The notes: generated by a model from the sequence alone, not told the origin. A DNA stretch of 64,000 bases from an uncultured delta proteobacterium (GCA_963823335.1 CAWGLD010000001.1:1696001-1760000), one strand, 5' to 3'; numbered from the stretch's first letter, positions 28,753-41,291 are shown. Numbers and translations are program-made.

Positions 28753-30765
28753 ATGGATAGATACAGAATCATGAAATCAATCCAAAGTAATACCGAATCA
28801 AGACCTGAGATTTTGGCCCCGGCAGGCAACAGGGCTTCCTTTTTAGCAGCCATCGCCGCCGGTGCGGACGCGGTGTATTGTGGTCTGAAGCAATTTTCTG
28901 CCCGCATGGCAGCGCCCAATTTTACTTTTGAAGAGCTGGCAGCCTTGACACGCCTTGCCCATGCCAGGGGAATCAAGGTGTATGTGGCCTTTAACACCCT
29001 GGTAAAGCCCGCAGAACTGGGCAGGGCCGAAATCTTTCTACAGCGATTGAAATATGATGTCGATCCGGATGCATTGATCGTTCAGGACTTGTCCCTGCTT
29101 GCACTGGCGCGAAAGACCGGGTTTAAAAAAGAGCTGCATCTTTCTACCCTCACAAACGTGAGTTTTCCGGAGGCTCTCAATCTCGTGCGGCATGATCTTT
29201 CTGTGGACCGTGTGGTGTTACCCCGGGAACTGAACATCGACGAAATCAAAATGATGGCGGAAGCATGTCCGGAGGATCTGGGTCTGGAAGTTTTTATTCA
29301 CGGTGCCCTTTGCTACGGTGTTTCCGGAAGATGCTACTGGAGCAGTTATTTTGGTGGAAAAAGTGGTCTCAGGGGCAGATGCGTCCAACCCTGCAGGCGG
29401 CGTTACCGTGGAGAGCATGGCAATGAAAGATATTTCTCGTGCCAGGACCTGAGTCTGGATGTGCTGGTCAAAGTACTTCTCTCGCTTCCGCAGATACGGA
29501 CCTGGAAGATCGAGGGCCGCAAAAAGGGACCCCACTATGTCTACTACACCGTCACCGCCTACAAAATGCTGCGGGACGAAGGCAGTGATCCCAAAAAGAA
29601 GCGTGCGGCCCTGGAACTTCTTGCCATGGCCCTGGGACGTGTGTCTACTCATTACGGCTTTTTGCCCCAGCGACCGCAGAATCCCATTGATCTGTCCGCC
29701 CAAACCGGATCCGGGTTGCTGCTGGGCCGTATCCAGGGTTCGAAGCATCAATCCTACCTGGTTCCCCGGGAGGCCCTCATGACAGGCGATGTTCTCAGGA
29801 TCGGTTATGAAGATGATGCCTGGCACGTGGTCAGACGCATGAAGCAGTTTGTGCCTGCCCGGGGACGTTACCATCTGAAGGCACTTTCCCGGGACCGCCG
29901 GATAAAGGGAGCACCTGTTTTTCTGGTGGATCGTCAGGAAGACCATCTTCGTGACATGATAGTGGAACTCGAGCAGGAATTGGTTATCGGAGAGCCATTG
30001 AAGCATTACTCAGAGCGGAATATCAGGTCTCTGGAAAAGACCCAAAGACCCATCGACACAAAAGCATCTGTCGTCGATATACAGGTGAATCGAAGCCCGG
30101 TTTCCAAAAGCAAGTCAGGTGAGACCGGTTACTGGCTGTCGCCGGATTCCCTGGCGGCATGTCAAAAGACCCTCGTAAAAAAAATCTGGTGGTGGCTGCC
30201 GCCCGTGCTTTGGCCCGGTCAGGCAGGAGCGCTTCATGAATTGGTCGGTCTGGCAGTCCGTTCAGGAGCCGGACGTTTTGTATTGAACATGCCCTGGCAA
30301 TCCGTTTTATTTGAAAGACCTAACCGGTTGACCCTCTGGGCAGGGCCCTTCTGCAATATCGCCAATGGTTTTGCGGTCGGGCCTTTGAAACAACTGGGAT
30401 TTTCAGGTGTCATCGTCAGCCCTGAACTGGGGCAAAAGGATTATCTGGCACTTCCCGGTCAGAGCATCCTGCCCCTGGGAATCGTGTTGTCCGCCAACTG
30501 GCCCTTGTGCATTTCCAGAACGTTGGCGGAACAATTTAAAGAAGGGACACCGTTCACCAGTCCAAAGGGTGAAACAGCCTGGGCAGCAAAATATGGAGAG
30601 GATTTCTGGCTGTTTCCCAACTGGGAAGTGGATTTACAGGGAAAAAGAGAATTGCTGGCGGCCGCGGGTTACACTGTTTTTGTGCACCTGTCTGAACCGG
30701 TTCCGAAAACAGTCAGCATCAAGCAGAGACCCGGTCTCTGGAACTGGAAACTGGGAATGAAGTAG
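28753..30765 (+). CDS. Peptidase U32 family protein (RlhA/TrhP-like RNA hydroxylase)
   Basis: PEILAPAG, HGALC..SGRC, RGRCVQPCR and KIEGR motifs. Confidence 0.88.
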   Translation: MDRYRIMKSIQSNTESRPEILAPAGNRASFLAAIAAGADAVYCGLKQFSARMAAPNFTFEELAALTRLAHARGIKVYVAFNTLVKPAELGRAEIFLQRLKYDVDPDALIVQDLSLLALARKTGFKKELHLSTLTNVSFPEALNLVRHDLSVDRVVLPRELNIDEIKMMAEACPEDLGLEVFIHGALCYGVSGRCYWSSYFGGKSGLRGRCVQPCRRRYRGEHGNERYFSCQDLSLDVLVKVLLSLPQIRTWKIEGRKKGPHYVYYTVTAYKMLRDEGSDPKKKRAALELLAMALGRVSTHYGFLPQRPQNPIDLSAQTGSGLLLGRIQGSKHQSYLVPREALMTGDVLRIGYEDDAWHVVRRMKQFVPARGRYHLKALSRDRRIKGAPVFLVDRQEDHLRDMIVELEQELVIGEPLKHYSERNIRSLEKTQRPIDTKASVVDIQVNRSPVSKSKSGETGYWLSPDSLAACQKTLVKKIWWWLPPVLWPGQAGALHELVGLAVRSGAGRFVLNMPWQSVLFERPNRLTLWAGPFCNIANGFAVGPLKQLGFSGVIVSPELGQKDYLALPGQSILPLGIVLSANWPLCISRTLAEQFKEGTPFTSPKGETAWAAKYGEDFWLFPNWEVDLQGKRELLAAAGYTVFVHLSEPVPKTVSIKQRPGLWNWKLGMK

Positions 30766-30818
30766 GGTTTACTGAGTTTTTTTTCAAATCCGAAACACAA
30801 AACACCAAACACAAAAGA

Positions 30819-31226
30819 TTATCTATCCTTCAGACCGGATTTCAGTTTTTTTTCGAGATCGGCGAAGAGGTTCTTGCGCTTTTCTTTCTGGTCGGCCTGA
30901 ATAGAGGCTACTTTCTCTGCATAGCCTTTGCGGGTGGATTTGAACTGCTTCAACGCTTCGTCAAGCTTGCTTTCCTGATCCGACATGGGGATTTCTTCCA
31001 GAAGGGTATGGTCTTTTATAAAGAGACGCATTCCATACGCACCTTCGACGATTTCAAGAATCCCCATTTCCACAAGCTTGTTGCATATGAAATGACCTTG
31101 TTCAAGGGAGAAACCCAGGAGGCTGCAAACATCTTCGATGGATGGAGGGGCGGATTTTTGATGATCTAAAATCCGGATTGCGGAAACAAATAGATGAGAA
31201 TGATGATAGGTTTTTATGGTTTTCAT
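30819..31226 (-). CDS. Hypothetical protein with a winged-helix-like N-terminus
   Basis: PPSIEDVC..L....ICNKLVEMGIL; charged helical tail; start uncertain. Confidence 0.65.
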   Translation of the reverse strand: MKTIKTYHHSHLFVSAIRILDHQKSAPPSIEDVCSLLGFSLEQGHFICNKLVEMGILEIVEGAYGMRLFIKDHTLLEEIPMSDQESKLDEALKQFKSTRKGYAEKVASIQADQKEKRKNLFADLEKKLKSGLKDR

Positions 31227-31239
31227 TGCATGCCTTTTC

Positions 31240-31268
31240 TTGACATAGAAATGTAATAAGCGTAACAT
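31240..31268 (+). promoter_or_regulatory. Sigma70 promoter of eno
   Basis: TTGACA-17-TAACAT. Confidence 0.6.
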
Positions 31269-31326
31269 TTATTTCAAAATAGTCAAGCGTGCATCAACCA
31301 ATCGTTCAAACGGAAAGAGAGGCCTC

Positions 31327-32604
31327 ATGACTGAAATCATTGATGTAATTGCCAGAGAGATACTGGATTCAAGGGGAAACCCTACGGTGGAGGTAGATGT
31401 CGCCCTGGCCTGCGGTGCTGTGGGGCGAGCAGCCGTTCCCTCCGGTGCATCAACGGGAAAGCGGGAAGCCCTGGAACTGAGAAACAAACGTTCGAAAAGG
31501 TACGGCGGAAAAGGAGTGACCAGTGCTGTAACAAATGTTATCAAAACCATTGCGCCGGCGATTCACGGTATGGATGCCTCGGATCAGGTGGCGCTCGATT
31601 TTACCATGATCGCGCTGGATGGTACCACCAACAAATCGAAACTGGGTGCCAACGCCATTCTGGGTGTATCCATGGCGGCGACACGGGCAGCGGCCATGGC
31701 ATACGGACTTCCCCTCTACCGGTATCTGGGTGGTATCAATGCCCGGTATCTGCCCATGCCTATGATGAATATCGTCAATGGCGGTGCTCATGCAGCTAAC
31801 AACCTGGACATACAGGAATTCATGATCGTCCCCATTGGTGCCTCAAATATTGCCCAGGCTGTCCAGATGGGGGCCGAAACGTTTCACGCACTGAAAAAGA
31901 TTTTGAAAGACAAAGGCCTGAACACCGCCGTCGGGGATGAAGGCGGTTTTGCACCGGACCTGGCTTCAAATGAAGAGGCGCTGCAATACATTGTCGATGC
32001 CATAGTGGCTGCCGGGTATCTACCCGGAAAGGATATCGGTCTGGCACTGGATGCGGCCGCCAGTGAGTTTTATGTTAAGAAAAAATATGTTCTGGCATCA
32101 GAGAACAAGAAACTGACCGCCGATGAGATGATCACCTACTATGAGCAATTGATCGACACATATCCCATTTTGTCCATTGAAGATGGACTGGCAGAGCAGG
32201 ACTGGGCCGGCTGGGAAATTATGACCGACCGTCTGGAGGGAATGATCCAGATTGTGGGTGACGATATATTTGTGACCAATCCAAAAATATTCAGCAAAGG
32301 GATACAGGAAGGTATTGCCAATTCCATATTGATCAAGCTCAACCAGATCGGTACGGTTACGGAAACACTCGATGCCATAGAGATGGCCAAGCAGGCGGGA
32401 TATACAACGGTCATATCTCACCGCTCCGGTGAGACAGAGGATACATTCATATCCGACCTGGTGGTCGGTGTAAATGGCGGCCAGATAAAAACAGGATCCC
32501 TCTCACGCAGCGATCGAATTGCCAAATACAACCAGCTCATCAGAATTGAAGAAGAGCTTGGCAGTGCGGCATTGTTCTCGGACGAAATATTTATCGCTCA
32601 GTGA
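31327..32604 (+). CDS. eno: Enolase
   Basis: [18 protein letters not shown] and SHRSGET motifs. Confidence 0.99.
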   Translation: MTEIIDVIAREILDSRGNPTVEVDVALACGAVGRAAVPSGASTGKREALELRNKRSKRYGGKGVTSAVTNVIKTIAPAIHGMDASDQVALDFTMIALDGTTNKSKLGANAILGVSMAATRAAAMAYGLPLYRYLGGINARYLPMPMMNIVNGGAHAANNLDIQEFMIVPIGASNIAQAVQMGAETFHALKKILKDKGLNTAVGDEGGFAPDLASNEEALQYIVDAIVAAGYLPGKDIGLALDAAASEFYVKKKYVLASENKKLTADEMITYYEQLIDTYPILSIEDGLAEQDWAGWEIMTDRLEGMIQIVGDDIFVTNPKIFSKGIQEGIANSILIKLNQIGTVTETLDAIEMAKQAGYTTVISHRSGETEDTFISDLVVGVNGGQIKTGSLSRSDRIAKYNQLIRIEEELGSAALFSDEIFIAQ

Positions 32605-32638
32605 ATCTACCCCGTGCTTACGCACGGGGTAGATTCAC
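32601..32638. terminator. Strong hairpin at the eno 3' end
   Basis: GTGAATCTACCCGTGC..GCACGGGGTAGATTCAC; no clear U tract. Confidence 0.55.
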
Positions 32639-32746
32639 ATTCGGAAAGTACATGGCATTTTGCAGAACGCTGCCTTGGGCGGCTTTAGTTCGCCATTCGT
32701 TTTTATTGGCCCCGGGTTATTAGCCTGGCAACTAAATAGCGCATAA

Positions 32747-32810
32747 CGTCATGCCGGACTTGATCCGGCATCCAGTCTCTTCCTGGATTCCCGCCTGCGC
32801 GGGAATGACA
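32747..32810. repeat. Family D palindromic repeat
   Basis: GTCATGCCGGACTTGATCCGGCATCCAG..CTGGATTCCCGCCTGCGCGGGAATGAC. Confidence 0.75.
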
Positions 32811-32873
32811 GCTTTAGGGTATTTAATTGTCGGAGTAATATTGTGTCGACATGACGGGATTGGGTTATTTAAG

Positions 32874-33758
32874 ATGTTTTCAACGTTGCGTTGCATTGTT
32901 AATGTAGCAGTTTATCGATGGTTTGCCGCAATACTGATCTGCGCTTTGTTCATGATATTCCCCGGCCAGGGGTCTTATGCATATATCCTGAGGGGACCTC
33001 ACCTGCTCGAGCTGATGACACAGCAGTACGGCAAATCCAAAAGCTTGATGGTGGTTCAAAAGGTTCTGTTTTACGATGCGGTCTCGGGCAAGGTGATCGT
33101 GGAGGCCGATGAAACCCTTCGCTATCTTTTCCCTGATACTTTCCGGTCCGATTCGAACTCTCAGCATGCCTCCAGGGTTCAGCTGGTATCCGGAGGAAAA
33201 ACGCTTACGGTTATCGACCAAAAAATTGTGGCAAACGATGAAACTTTATTTGACTTGTATAAGGACATTCTTTTATACCGGTCCAGGGAATCGTTGGGGA
33301 AAAGACTGGCTGCCGCCGGCGTCGACACCTCACTTACCTGCCTGGGTCGGTTCGAAGGCCGTATCGCCGTGATACTGGGTTCCGAACAACCGGGCGAAGG
33401 GGTCTCCCAGGTGTGGGTGGACAAGGAAACATTTCAACCCATGCGCTGGGTGCTGGTGGACGGAACAGATGATACGCCGGGAATGGTCGTGGAGATTCGA
33501 TACAATGACTGGCGGCAGGTCAATCGCAGCTGGTATCCCATGCACGTCGCTATTTACAAAGATGGCGGGATGGTGAGGGAAATCAGGGTGGAATCACTGC
33601 GCGTGAATCCTTCTTTTCCAAGAGAACTCCTGGATGCCGAACAGCTGGAGAGCAAGTATTTCCATTCAATGCCCGAAAAATCGGATACGTCTGTGGAAGG
33701 TGAGCTGAGCGAAATCGAGAAAACGATTAATGAATTCAGAAAACGAATAGAAGAATGA
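32874..33758 (+). CDS. Exported LolA-like/outer-membrane sorting fold protein
   Basis: Signal-like hydrophobic segment; VWVDKETF.P and Y.DWRQV...WYP motifs; start uncertain. Confidence 0.6.
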   Translation: MFSTLRCIVNVAVYRWFAAILICALFMIFPGQGSYAYILRGPHLLELMTQQYGKSKSLMVVQKVLFYDAVSGKVIVEADETLRYLFPDTFRSDSNSQHASRVQLVSGGKTLTVIDQKIVANDETLFDLYKDILLYRSRESLGKRLAAAGVDTSLTCLGRFEGRIAVILGSEQPGEGVSQVWVDKETFQPMRWVLVDGTDDTPGMVVEIRYNDWRQVNRSWYPMHVAIYKDGGMVREIRVESLRVNPSFPRELLDAEQLESKYFHSMPEKSDTSVEGELSEIEKTINEFRKRIEE

Positions 33759-35414
<1,656 letters not shown>

Positions 35415-35613
35415 TGTGGCCGTTCCAAGTGCATATCTAAACCGGTGTTTGCAAAAAATTGTCATGGTGGTGGCGGTACCTCCCTTGACACGAAACTTTT
35501 TAAAGCTCATCACCGAAAGACTGCGCCAGACAAACGTCAGGTTTGAAAAATCGGTCCTTAGGGGGCGTGAAACGGAACTCTTTTTGCGTGGGCGCAGCTG
35601 ACAGGGGAAAAGA

Positions 35614-36384
35614 ATGCAAAGCAGAACATCTGGATCACTGGATTTTGCCACCGGCAGTTGGCCGCTCCGTGCAGACAAGCCAACACTGGTGTTTATCCAC
35701 GGCTCTTCCCAGAATCGTCTTTTCTGGCGGAGGCAGGTACAGGACCTGGTGGACGTGGCCAACACCATTGCCGTCGATCTGCCCGGACATGGGACCAGCC
35801 CGGGCCCCGGGAAAAATCATGTGACCGACTATGTCCAGGACGTGATGGATTTTATCGATGAGCTGAAAATCCCCCGTCCCATTTTGTGTGGTCTCAGTCT
35901 GGGAGGCGCCATCACCCTGGAACTGCTCATCGACCATGGCGAGCGTTTTTCGGCCGGCATTCTTATGAACACCGGTGCCAGACTGAAGGTCAACCCCCTC
36001 ATATTCGAGACCATTCAAAAAGATTTTAACATGTTTTTAGCGTCAATCATGAGCATGGGAATTTCTGCAAAAAGTGACCCAGACAAACTTGGACCGGCTA
36101 TCCAGGAAGCTTCCACTTGCCTACCCGAAGTGGCCTTGGGTGATTTTCAGGCCTGCAACCACTTCGATGTTTCGGACAGGCTGCATCTCATCAAGACCCC
36201 GGTTCTGGTGTTGACAGCTGTCGATGACGTCCTGACGCCGGTCAAATATGGTCTTTACATGGCTGAAAAGATCGCCGGGGCAAGCGTGCATACCATCGCA
36301 GATGCCGGACATTTGTCGCCCCTGGAAAAACCGGATGAAGTGAACAGTGCCATACGGGATTTTGTGCGCCAGCTTCCGGACTGA
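35614..36384 (+). CDS. Alpha/beta hydrolase
   Basis: HG, DLPGHG, GLSLGG and AGH..PLE motifs. Confidence 0.9.
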   Translation: MQSRTSGSLDFATGSWPLRADKPTLVFIHGSSQNRLFWRRQVQDLVDVANTIAVDLPGHGTSPGPGKNHVTDYVQDVMDFIDELKIPRPILCGLSLGGAITLELLIDHGERFSAGILMNTGARLKVNPLIFETIQKDFNMFLASIMSMGISAKSDPDKLGPAIQEASTCLPEVALGDFQACNHFDVSDRLHLIKTPVLVLTAVDDVLTPVKYGLYMAEKIAGASVHTIADAGHLSPLEKPDEVNSAIRDFVRQLPD

Positions 36385-36429
36385 TATCTGAAATCATGAA
36401 ACACGCACGTTGGGTGAAAGAGAGAAGAC

Positions 36430-36585
36430 ATGGGTGAGGAGAGAGGTGGAAAAGACCGTCGTTCCGGAAAGGAAAGACGCAAGGGCGGGAGCTCGGGTTA
36501 CAAGGGCCCGGAGCAAAGAAGTCAGAAATACCGCAGAAGCGATGTCGAAAGACGAAAAAGACAACCAAAAGAGATTAATAAATGA
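36430..36585 (+). CDS. Small Arg-rich protein (51 aa) with DRR/ERR repeats
   Basis: MGEERGGKDRRSGKERRKGGSSGYKGPEQRSQKYRRSDVERRKRQPKEINK; ATGA overlap with yedF. Confidence 0.65.
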   Translation: MGEERGGKDRRSGKERRKGGSSGYKGPEQRSQKYRRSDVERRKRQPKEINK

Positions 36586-37193
36586 CCCAAACGATAGATG
36601 CCAGGGGATTGGCCTGCCCCGCACCGGTATTGATGGCCAAAGAGGCCGTGGAGAAGAACCATCTGGATGCGTTGGAGGTGCTGGTGGACAATGAGGCCGC
36701 CCGGGAAAATGTGTCCCGTTATCTGGGATACCAACGGTTTTCCATCAGCGCGGTGCCGGACGGAAATGATTTTAAAATCAGCGCCCGGCGTGAGGGTGAT
36801 GCACCGGAAGCCATCCAGGAGCCGGAATTTTCTTGTAAGGCCTCCACCGAGCACACACAGAGGATCATGGTTCTGATCGCCACCGACCGCCTGGGGTCCG
36901 GTGATGATGAACTGGGCCGGAAACTGTTGATCAGTTTCATTAAAACCCTCAAGGAGATGGGGGATGAACTCTGGCGTCTGGTGCTGGTAAACAACGGTGT
37001 CAAGTTAACCATTGCAGGCTCACCTGTGCTGGCGGATCTGATGGTTTATGAAAAAGAGGGCCTGACGATTCTGGTCTGCGGTACCTGTCTGACCCATTTC
37101 GATTTGCTTGAAGCCAAACGGGTAGGGGTAACCACCAATATGCTGGATATCGTCACGGCCATGCAGTTGGCGGACAAGGTTATCAATATTTAA
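36582..37193 (+). CDS. yedF: Selenium metabolism sulfurtransferase-like protein (TusA + DsrE domains)
   Basis: IDARGLACPAPV, LG.GDDELG..L, CGTCL and TNM motifs. Confidence 0.9.
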   Translation: MTQTIDARGLACPAPVLMAKEAVEKNHLDALEVLVDNEAARENVSRYLGYQRFSISAVPDGNDFKISARREGDAPEAIQEPEFSCKASTEHTQRIMVLIATDRLGSGDDELGRKLLISFIKTLKEMGDELWRLVLVNNGVKLTIAGSPVLADLMVYEKEGLTILVCGTCLTHFDLLEAKRVGVTTNMLDIVTAMQLADKVINI

Positions 37194-37330
37194 CCTGTTC
37201 CTTGTAACCGGAATAAACGCCATTCTTGCCCGCCAGCCGCCCATTTTCACCTGGGTTAAAGCAAAATAGGTTTTCCCGGCTTCAAGATCAGCTTCGAGAC
37301 CGCGTTTGTTTTTATTGGTCATGAAATGTT
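37190..37330 (-). pseudogene. Fragment of an exported/lipoprotein gene (DUF2846-like)
   Basis: LEADLEAGKTYFALTQVKMGGWRARMAFIPV, running into the yedF end. Confidence 0.35.
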
Positions 37331-37335
37331 CTGAG

Positions 37336-38190
37336 CTAACCCAGGTTGATTAGAAAAACGGACACACTTGCCAGGGCCAGGAATGCGTAGTTGGCCGGAC
37401 GCAGTTTCTCGTGCCAAACTAGCAGACTTGCCAGGGTCGTGAGGGCAATGACTCCCAGACCCAGCATAGGATAAGCCACCGAGCCGGGTAGATAGGTCAG
37501 GGTACGGATCCAGAAATACGTGGTCAGGACATTCGTAATCCCAAGAACGGCGCCCCAGAAAAGACACTGTCTGCCGGGCCGGGTGCCTTTGAAGAGTTGG
37601 GGAAAGGTGAGAAACAGCGCCGTACCGAAAATGGTGGCCATGAAACTGCCGGGATTGGTCAAGGGCTCCAGTTCAGCCTGGATTTTAAAAGTGAAATCCG
37701 TCAAACCGTAAACCGCAAAGAGCAGCATTCCCCAGAGCATGCCTTTCCAGACCTCTTTGCCGGCCTGACTGAAACGCATGGGTTCTTTACTTGCCAGAGG
37801 TAAACAGGCAAAGGCCAGGACGAGCCCCAGAACCTGATAGAGATTCGTGTGCTCGGCGAAGAAGATCAGGGAACCCAGGGTGGGGAGGGCTGAGGACAAA
37901 CGCATCAGGGTTGTGGAGAGGGCCAGCCCCGCAACCGAAATGGACCGGTTGAAGAGCCAGAGCGAGAGCACATACATCACACCGATAAAGATGCCCAGAG
38001 CCCAGATAAAGAGCGAATTTGAAACAGGTTTTTGCCAGATGCTCCCCGTAAGAAGGGTCAGGAGGCACACGATATAGTTGACGGCCAGAAATTGCCCCAG
38101 CCTCAGTTTATTGGCATTGGCAACCTTCATGGTAATGGCCACGCCACTGGAACAAATGACGGCCAGGATTAAAAATGTTATGCCGCGCAT
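37336..38190 (-). CDS. DMT/EamA family transporter
   Basis: About ten hydrophobic segments in two repeats; W.EKL C-terminal motif. Confidence 0.85.
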   Translation of the reverse strand: MRGITFLILAVICSSGVAITMKVANANKLRLGQFLAVNYIVCLLTLLTGSIWQKPVSNSLFIWALGIFIGVMYVLSLWLFNRSISVAGLALSTTLMRLSSALPTLGSLIFFAEHTNLYQVLGLVLAFACLPLASKEPMRFSQAGKEVWKGMLWGMLLFAVYGLTDFTFKIQAELEPLTNPGSFMATIFGTALFLTFPQLFKGTRPGRQCLFWGAVLGITNVLTTYFWIRTLTYLPGSVAYPMLGLGVIALTTLASLLVWHEKLRPANYAFLALASVSVFLINLG

Positions 38191-38420
38191 GACATCCTTT
38201 TGCTGAATTTATCGTGTACCATGTTTGCAGGCTATTCCAAATATTTTATGAAACCTGACAAAGAATTCTTTAATTGCCTTTGGATATTAGCAAATTGTCA
38301 AGATATTGCAAATCAATCAAAAGGGTGCAGTTCGTCATACAGGAATGGCTGTCTGTTTGACTTGTCACGTTTCACCCTTCGCGCTTTTCTGATCAGCCTT
38401 GGCAGTAAAATCCTGCGGCT

Positions 38421-39311
38421 TCAGGCTGAAATGTCTTGCGCTGGAACCGATACGGTTTGTAAATGCTCGGGTGAGGCGTTCCGACCGATTTTTTTGCGTT
38501 CGGATGCAAGCATTTCCGTAAACCGCAAGCCATCCTGGTAGGCATATCCGAGAAACGCCTCTTCGGAATCAAATTCGGCATTTGCAGTCATAAGCTCCAT
38601 GCTCACGCACCTGTCATAGGCGGATCGTGCCATGACCGCTGCCAGCCCCTTCCAATCCACCGTACCACTGAAGAGCGGTTTGTGCTGATCAGATAAGCCG
38701 TCATTGTCATGCAGGTGAATTGAGATGAGACGGTCCTTGACCGCTTCAAGGTCTGTAAATGCCTTGTCATAAAGATTCCCGTGACCAGAATCGTAGCAGA
38801 AACCTAAAAAATCGGGACTATACTCTGAAAAGAGTTTTTGGATATGTAAAAAGTTGCTCCTGTTCAGATTCTCAAGGGCGATTTTGACCCCCTGAATTCG
38901 GGCATAAACCTGCAGTGAGTCCAGTGATTTTCGGACCTGCCTGCCAAAGAGTATCTTTTCCGTCGCTTCCGACGGTTCACCCGGCACATGCAGGATCACG
39001 ACACCACTGTTGAGCCGGGCTGCCATTTCGATCCTGTTTTTGACCAATGCCACCCCTGCCAGCCGCTCATATTCCCGCAGGGAGTAATATTTTTTTTCAA
39101 CCCCGGAAGAGGCGTGCAGGTCGAGAAGCGCAAGACCATATTCTTTCAACCACGCTTCTATACGATCCACTTCGCATCTGGAGTAGATAAAATCGGTGTT
39201 GAAGTGATAGGCCCAGTGAACATGACTGAACCCGGCGTCGGCAATACGACGGAGATAGGGTTCCGGGCACCCTTCGCTTGTCAGATAATCGGCAGTTATG
39301 GAAAGTTTCAT
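38421..39311 (-). CDS. Sugar phosphate isomerase/epimerase (xylose isomerase-like TIM barrel)
   Basis: ALEN, DSGH, HLHDNDG..DQH and E motifs. Confidence 0.85.
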   Translation of the reverse strand: MKLSITADYLTSEGCPEPYLRRIADAGFSHVHWAYHFNTDFIYSRCEVDRIEAWLKEYGLALLDLHASSGVEKKYYSLREYERLAGVALVKNRIEMAARLNSGVVILHVPGEPSEATEKILFGRQVRKSLDSLQVYARIQGVKIALENLNRSNFLHIQKLFSEYSPDFLGFCYDSGHGNLYDKAFTDLEAVKDRLISIHLHDNDGLSDQHKPLFSGTVDWKGLAAVMARSAYDRCVSMELMTANAEFDSEEAFLGYAYQDGLRFTEMLASERKKIGRNASPEHLQTVSVPAQDISA

Positions 39312-39460
39312 CGACGTTCCTTCATCAGTATCCTCATAGGTGCCTGCACCCGTGACCAGCAGATCCACGCCTTTCCCTTTGTTATATAACTTGCCTATAT
39401 GTCTTAAACTTTAAGTATAACGTGCATACGCAATTTTTCGATTGTTTGCAACCGGCCATG

Positions 39461-39542
39461 TTGAAACACGCAGCAAGCCAAGAGGAATCTTTGACCATAA
39501 GCAATTTTGTCTGATTCAGATTCGCTCGCTGTTGCGGTTCAG
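39461..39542 (+). repeat. Family B repeat, long variant
   Basis: CGCAGCAAGC..GAGGAAT...CGCTCGCTGTTGCGGTTCA. Confidence 0.6.
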
Positions 39543-39720
39543 GTTCAGGATTGCGAGATCGAAATCTGTCCAGGATAGCGCCCATCTGAACGATTAACCA
39601 TTGACAAGCCATTTCCAGGATACTACCTAAATAAAAGCATTTTTTAATATCATATGGTTGTTTTCAATACTCCTCAGGTGCAACCCCGATATCTTTCCAT
39701 CTCTTAAACAGGAGCCGTTT

Positions 39721-40806
39721 GTGAAACAGTTAAAAGGACATCTGGAAATTCTGGACCGGGGCTTCGGTTTTTTACGGTCTCTCGAAAAAAACTTTTCGCC
39801 AGGCACGAATGACACCTTTGTGCCTGAGGCGCTGATAAAAAACCACAACCTTCCCGAAGGGGGGTATATTGAAGGCAGGGGCAAGAAACAGGACGCCGGC
39901 AGCCCGAACGCACAGCTGCATTCTGTGGAAACCATCAATCAGATTCCGTTGAGCAATTTTTCCGGATTTAAACCACTCCAGGATCAAACCAGCATCAATC
40001 CCACAAAACAGTTGATCATGACCCAGGCGGACAATGATTTTACCGGCAGGACCCTCGACATGTTCAGCCCCATCGGTAAGGGGCAGCGCGGGTTGATCAT
40101 CTCACCGCCTAAATCAGGAAAAACCACCATACTAAAGCACATGGCCGCGTCCATTATTGCCAATCATCCGGATGTGGACGTATTTATTCTGCTGGTCGAC
40201 GAACGTCCCGAGGAGGTAACGGATTTCAAAAGAGGCCTCAAAGGGGCGCATGTAATTTATTCTTCTGCGGATCAAAGTATCGCGATGCACATGCGTATGA
40301 CACGGCTGGCCCTGCACACTGCCATCCTTTGTGCTGAAACAGGCCGGGACAGTGTGGTTCTGATCGATTCGTTGACGCGCATGTCACGGGCATTCAATGT
40401 GGAAACCCCAAGCTACGGGCGGACCATGACCGGTGGCCTAGGGGCCGGTGCACTGGCCGTACCAAGAAAAATCTTCGGTGCCGCACGTAATGTCGAAGGC
40501 GGCGGATCGCTGACCATAATTGCAACCATTCTGGTGGATACCGGATCGAGAATGGACGATATCATCTACCAGGAATTCAAAGGCACCGGCAATTCCGATA
40601 TCGTGCTCAGTCGGAAATGTGCTGAAAATCGAATCTGGCCTGCTGTCAACCTCAACGCATCAGGCACACGCCGGGAGGAGCTTCTCCTGAGCGACGAGAC
40701 ATATCAGGAGGTGACCAGGATCCGGAGTCTGCTTTCATCCCTGGATGAGACCACCGCCATGTCGACCCTGCTGGAGTATTTTCAGCGGGATAGTAAAAAT
40801 TCGTAA
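39721..40806 (+). CDS. rho: Transcription termination factor Rho, short form
   Basis: [33 protein letters not shown] and EFKGTGN motifs; AGGAG RBS with GTG start. Confidence 0.92.
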   Translation: MKQLKGHLEILDRGFGFLRSLEKNFSPGTNDTFVPEALIKNHNLPEGGYIEGRGKKQDAGSPNAQLHSVETINQIPLSNFSGFKPLQDQTSINPTKQLIMTQADNDFTGRTLDMFSPIGKGQRGLIISPPKSGKTTILKHMAASIIANHPDVDVFILLVDERPEEVTDFKRGLKGAHVIYSSADQSIAMHMRMTRLALHTAILCAETGRDSVVLIDSLTRMSRAFNVETPSYGRTMTGGLGAGALAVPRKIFGAARNVEGGGSLTIIATILVDTGSRMDDIIYQEFKGTGNSDIVLSRKCAENRIWPAVNLNASGTRREELLLSDETYQEVTRIRSLLSSLDETTAMSTLLEYFQRDSKNS

Positions 40807-40849
40807 ATCTACTCTCCATATCCCGGCGGAAGGTCGGAACCCTTAAGTT

Positions 40850-40874
40850 CTTGAACCGCAACAGCGAGCGCATC
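40850..40874 (-). repeat. Family B repeat, 3' part
   Basis: GATGCGCTCGCTGTTGCGGTTCAA on the minus strand. Confidence 0.6.
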
Positions 40875-41291
40875 AAAATTAGATAGAGTTCCTTCTAACA
40901 GAGAATTAAATGTCTTGTTTCGTCTGGACATGGTGAAGATACGAAGAGAGCCAAATGTCAATATATCACCATCGTCCCCAAGTTGTACATAGAACCCGTT
41001 AAATGAGGTCGCGAACGATGCGTATGCGCCGCTGCTGAACTGGAGTGTTACGTACAGCTCCAACAAAACGGTAGATATCAGGCCCCTGAAATTTTACCGG
41101 TGTGCGATTATAATAACAACAGACCAAATATTGCATTCATAGGGTCTCCCGTGGTACCGTGGGAATGACCAAATGTTATCGGCAATTATAAGGGAGAGAT
41201 TGATAACTGGACTTATCTCCATGTATCTTTAACCAGCTGTAAAGAAGGCTAAATAACCAACAGATAGTTCAAATATCAGGAGGGGGAACGA

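Noticed and set aside
32751-32873. N-terminal extension MPDLIRHP...WIPACAGMT
   Set aside because: Translation of the family D repeat
40809-41140. 85-aa minus-strand ORF after rho
   Set aside because: Includes a family B repeat and the upstream frame is interrupted; no identifiable product
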